A stretch of 64,000 nucleotides of DNA from Octopus vulgaris (Eukaryota): the NCBI GenBank assembly GCA_951406725.2, contig OX597823.1, forward strand, positions 68,758,001 through 68,822,000. The letters run 5' to 3'. Positions 63,481 through 64,000 of the stretch are shown piece by piece. The notes under the pieces are model-generated. The model had not been told where the DNA came from. It saw nothing but the letters and a program-made list of their open reading frames with translations, and did no database searches. Made by a program: the position numbers and the translations under genes. Within the stretch, counting starts at the first letter, position 1. Each line of letters starts with the position of its first letter.

Positions 63481-64000
63481 AACTCACTAAGTGAATATGA
63501 CTTAGCATTCCTACAGAAATCTTCGTTTACCTTATATGATGTTTAATGTCATTTCACATTCATGTTGAATTATACAGAAATCATGTTCTCTTCATAGAAC
63601 ACTTGTAATGTATGTATTACCAGTTCTTTTGGTATAGTAGGTTTTTGCTATTCTTGTTTATCTCTCCTCACAGACGTGTATATTCTAACAAGTCACTTCT
63701 TAAATTTCGCACCTCTCTTGCTCAATAAACATTGAGTTAAACTTGCAAAGCTGTTTATTTTTCCTTTCAATTTTAAATGTTTATTTTAGCAGGTTACCAA
63801 ACTATTAGTTTAGTCTCCCAACTAAAACAGTAATGACAATCTTTTAAGTTTGCTTGACATTTTATAAGTGTGAAAGGGATTAAAAATTTTGATACTCTGC
63901 ATCAAAGGTTCCAAAAGAATAAGGCAGATAATCAGAGCTTGAGACAAGAAGATACTTTTGACCAGTAAGAATTCTGTTTACATAATCAGTTTGATCAGCC

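Overview
AT-rich eukaryotic genomic DNA, most likely an octopus (coleoid cephalopod), inferred from the tRNA-derived SINE families, RTE LINE remnants and very dense microsatellites. No prokaryotic features, CRISPR arrays or intact long ORFs are present, and most of the supplied ORF track is microsatellite or SINE noise. Recognisable mobile DNA: about 11 near-full CORE-like tRNA SINEs, Meta-domain-like SINEs with target-site duplications, RTE-type 3' tails, three degenerate RTE-clade LINEs, a decayed Ty3/Gypsy gag-pol, two mariner derivatives, a short non-autonomous Helitron and MITEs. Between the repeats, the minus strand carries a series of small candidate exons with GT-AG boundaries and compatible phases. 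They look like the 3' end of one unidentified gene with several alternative last exons, two of which resemble each other and one of which encodes a putative transmembrane tail. These exons were called by eye and need RNA-seq. Other notable items are a U6 snRNA 3' fragment abutting the 5' end of a SINE, an RTE copy with a twin-priming-like 5' inversion, a fold-back mariner made of two 5' ends, and a two-part locally templated insertion.
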